From: a virus
IMG/VR virus record: IMGVR_UViG_3300005309_000026
Span: 1-6,512 of that record
Length of the DNA stretch: 6,512 nt
Strand: one strand, 5' to 3'
The notes under the pieces were generated by a model. It made no database searches. It was not told where the DNA came from and saw nothing but the letters and a program-made list of their open reading frames with translations. Positions 5,067-6,512 of the stretch are shown one piece after another. How positions within the stretch are numbered: the first letter of the stretch is position 1; each line of letters begins with the position of its first letter. The translations under genes were made by a program, and so were the position numbers.

Positions 5067-5110
5067 TTGACAACATGACAACATGACAACATACTATTTG
5101 TACAAATAAT
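5067..5110 (+). promoter_or_regulatory. Promoter/operator of the structural-gene operon: perfect -35, three tandem 8-bp iterons and a 14-bp palindrome
   Basis: TTGACA at 5067-5072. GACAACAT x3 exactly tandem at 5069-5092. Candidate -10 boxes are TACTAT 5092-5097 and AATAAT 5105-5110. The palindrome TATTTGTACAAATA lies at 5095-5108. The whole block sits 24-67 nt upstream of ATG 5134. Confidence 0.55.
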
Positions 5111-5133
5111 GCTTCTATTAACAGGATAGAAAA

Positions 5134-5373
5134 ATGGCTATGAAAACACTTATAGAACAAGCTCAAATTATGAAAGGCATGAAAAAGGATGGTGTAACTC
5201 CTTATTTTTATGTCGAAGTTTTAGAAAAAGTACGTAAATACATTAATCCTGATAAACCGCAAGATTCTGCAACTCTTCTTGCATTAGCTGATTCTGCTCA
5301 AGTTGTTCCAGAACTTGTTTTACATCAAAGAAGTAATCAACTTGTTTTTTCTTCTTTAGATTTAGAGAATTAG
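5134..5373 (+). CDS. Hypothetical 79-aa protein. Its position, first gene before the coat genes, is where inoviruses usually encode the ssDNA-binding protein (gene V analogue)
   Basis: AGGA at 5123-5126 lies 7 nt before the ATG. The frame is clean to TAG 5371-5373. I recognise no sequence motif, so the function is positional inference only. Confidence 0.6.
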   Translation: MAMKTLIEQAQIMKGMKKDGVTPYFYVEVLEKVRKYINPDKPQDSATLLALADSAQVVPELVLHQRSNQLVFSSLDLEN

Positions 5374-5380
5374 TAAAAAA

Positions 5381-5554
5381 ATGCTCGCTTTGTGTCAACT
5401 CGATGAAACGACACAGCAAGTACAAAGCTGTGTTGAATATACATTTTCAATAATTCCACAGCTTTCATTAACCGAAGCGACTTTGTTGGGTTGTAGTTAC
5501 TGGTTAATTCTAGTAGTTGCATCATCAGCAAAGGCTTTAAAACAATCGTTATAG
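5381..5554 (+). CDS. 57-aa protein with a hydrophobic C-terminal half; candidate pVII/pIX-type minor coat protein (below the ORF-track size cutoff)
   Basis: Manual translation gives MLALCQLDETTQQVQSCVEYTFSIIPQLSLTEATLLGCSYWLILVVASSAKALKQSL. The ATG lies 7 nt after the upstream stop. Its own stop TAG 5552-5554 overlaps the pVIII SD. It sits directly upstream of the major coat gene, as genes VII/IX do in Ff. Confidence 0.5.
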   Translation: MLALCQLDETTQQVQSCVEYTFSIIPQLSLTEATLLGCSYWLILVVASSAKALKQSL

Positions 5555-5563
5555 GGGGTTCTT

Positions 5564-5860
5564 ATGAACTTAAAAAATGTAGAGTTAATGGAAAATTCAA
5601 TGAATTCTCCAGTTGCTTATGTTTCTGATGAACAACATCAAAACAATGTTTCAACTTTTAATCAATCTTTAAAACTTGGTGTTGCTTTAGCTATCGCTAC
5701 TTTAGCAGTTAATGCCAATGCCGCTATGCCTGATATTGATGTTGCTGATATTTTGACTTATATCGGTTTACTTGTTGCTGCTGTTGCAACTGTAGCTAGT
5801 GCATCTTTGATGATCTGGTTAGCTGCTAAAGGTATCAAAGCAATTCGTGCTGCCTTCTAA
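5564..5860 (+). CDS. Major coat protein (pVIII-type) precursor, 98 aa; predicted mature protein 45 aa
   Basis: The SD GGGGG (5554-5558) lies 5 nt before the ATG. The leader ends LKLGVALAIATLAVNANA/A, an A-x-A site after codon 53 (5720-5722). The mature protein AMPDIDVADILTYIGLLVAAVATVASASLMIWLAAKGIKAIRAAF has the canonical layout: acidic N-terminus, hydrophobic core, basic C-terminus. Confidence 0.85.
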   Translation: MNLKNVELMENSMNSPVAYVSDEQHQNNVSTFNQSLKLGVALAIATLAVNANAAMPDIDVADILTYIGLLVAAVATVASASLMIWLAAKGIKAIRAAF

Positions 5861-5883
5861 TATTAATTAGAAATTCAATAAAA

Positions 5884-5935
5884 CGCTTTCGAGCGGAAAA
5901 AAATGCATCGAGGGCGCGCAGATGCATTTTTTTTT
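5884..5935 (+). terminator. Rho-independent terminator after the major coat gene (symmetric, potentially bidirectional)
   Basis: The stem AAAAAAATGCATC (5897-5909) pairs with GATGCATTTTTTT (5921-5933) around an 11-nt GC-rich loop. The T run is 9 long (5927-5935). A small CGCT-TTCG-AGCG hairpin precedes it at 5884-5895. Ff phages also terminate strongly after gene VIII. Confidence 0.75.
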
Positions 5936-5954
5936 ACGTGATGGAGGCGTTCAA

Positions 5955-6026
5955 ATGTCAATAATTTTCCCTTATTTCGTTTTGCTTTGCTTCATTTCAA
6001 CAGGTCATATAATTTTTGGACGTTGA
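5955..6026 (+). CDS. 23-aa hydrophobic mini-ORF (MSIIFPYFVLLCFISTGHIIFGR); candidate small membrane or virion-tip protein
   Basis: GGAGG (5943-5947) lies 7 nt before ATG 5955. This is the best Shine-Dalgarno sequence in the genome. TGA 6024-6026 ends 2 nt before the pIII ATG 6029. The size and hydrophobicity recall Ff pVII/pIX (32-33 aa). Confidence 0.4.
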   Translation: MSIIFPYFVLLCFISTGHIIFGR

Positions 6027-6028
6027 TT

Positions 6029-6512
6029 ATGAAAAAAATATTTATTACGTTTCTAACTTTCGTTCTTTATTTTAATTCTTTTACGTCTGCACATGCTCAA
6101 ACTGTGGGCGGTTGGTCTGTCGGTGGTGGCATTGCGCAAGGTGCTTCAACTGTATACAACGGAACAAGAAAAATTTTAATCGGCGGTAAAGAATTTATAC
6201 AAAAAGGTTCTGCAAAAATTACACCAAACGCATCTCAAGTTGCAAAAGTACTCGGACGAGGGGTTGCAGGTTATGCGCTATCTGTTGCTGTTCAAGAAAT
6301 GCTTGGAGCCGTTGATTGGGTTCTTGACCCAGCAAACAATCGAATTAAATATTTTGACCCTACCTCTTGTACTTCAAATGGTTCAGCTTGTCCTCATGCT
6401 CAAAAATACTATCAATGTTATTCGAGGGGCATGGCTACGTGTGCAAATTACTTTGATAATCCGCAATCTGCTTGTAATGATGTTTTAACAAAAAATTCTG
6501 TAGGTGCTGTTT
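6029..6512 (+). CDS. pIII-like minor coat / adsorption protein, 5' part (runs off the window end; continues at 1-1118 on the circle)
   Basis: ATG 6029 opens MKKIFITFLTFVLYFNSFTSAHA/QTVGGWSVGGG..., a typical signal peptide with an AHA-Q cleavage site. The frame stays open to the window end. After subtracting 6200 it is in phase with the 99-1118 ORF (6203 = position 3). Confidence 0.8.
   Translation, partial: MKKIFITFLTFVLYFNSFTSAHAQTVGGWSVGGGIAQGASTVYNGTRKILIGGKEFIQKGSAKITPNASQVAKVLGRGVAGYALSVAVQEMLGAVDWVLDPANNRIKYFDPTSCTSNGSACPHAQKYYQCYSRGMATCANYFDNPQSACNDVLTKNSVGAV
6201..6512. repeat. Terminal direct repeat copy 2, identical to 1-312
   Basis: Same comparison as copy 1. The reading frame opened at 6029 continues seamlessly into it. 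Confidence 0.95.

Larger units (their letters stand above)
1..6200 (+). mobile_element. One complete circular genome unit of a small filamentous phage (Inoviridae-like), 6,200 bp
   Basis: Exact 312-bp duplication at the two window ends. The gene set and order match inoviruses: rep, small ORFs, pVIII-type coat, pIII-like, pVI-like, pI/Zot, hairpin-rich intergenic region. Nearly all genes are on one strand. Confidence 0.85.

Noticed and set aside
5243-5425. 60-aa ORF on the minus strand
   Set aside because: It overlaps both the 79-aa and the 57-aa + strand ORFs, which have better start contexts and fit the synteny. It has no upstream signals.
6008-6013. Perfect TATAAT 16 nt upstream of the pIII ATG as a dedicated pIII promoter
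   Set aside because: No acceptable -35 lies at 16-18 bp spacing (TTGCTT-like hexamers sit at 15 or 20 bp). TATAAT is expected by chance in AT-rich DNA. It is kept only as a remark under the mini-ORF finding.
1-6512. Scan for tRNA, rRNA, CRISPR arrays, integrase/transposase genes or toxin-antitoxin pairs
   Set aside because: No cloverleaf-like or rRNA-like segments. No spaced repeat arrays apart from the 8-bp iterons. All sizeable ORFs are accounted for by phage replication, structural and assembly functions.

Overview
The window is one complete, circularly permuted genome of a small filamentous phage (inovirus-like). Bases 1-312 recur exactly at 6201-6512, so the real unit is a 6,200-bp circle. 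The repeat is an assembly overlap that cuts through the adsorption-protein gene. All genes but one lie on the + strand, in the classic inovirus order. The order is: HUH rolling-circle Rep (3539-4825, broken by one in-frame TAA), an antisense 62-aa Arc/Mnt-like candidate regulator (4815-5003), and a 79-aa ORF. Next come a 57-aa hydrophobic ORF, the major coat protein pVIII (5564-5860), a strong terminator, and a 23-aa hydrophobic mini-ORF. The order continues with a pIII-like adsorption protein (6029 across the junction to 1118), a pVI-like protein, a pI/Zot assembly ATPase (1398-2912), and a hairpin-dense intergenic region (2911-3538). I see no secretin (pIV), integrase/transposase, tRNA, rRNA or CRISPR. 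The most notable points are the in-frame stop that strands the Rep HUH motif in a gap with no start codon, and a 19/20 identical GACAACAT iteron block on two + strand promoters next to the only antisense gene. Also notable are an oversized pI/Zot protein and a branched hairpin structure in the intergenic region. All family assignments rest on motif recognition and gene order by eye. No homology search was possible. The genome is visibly AT-rich and the host is unknown.
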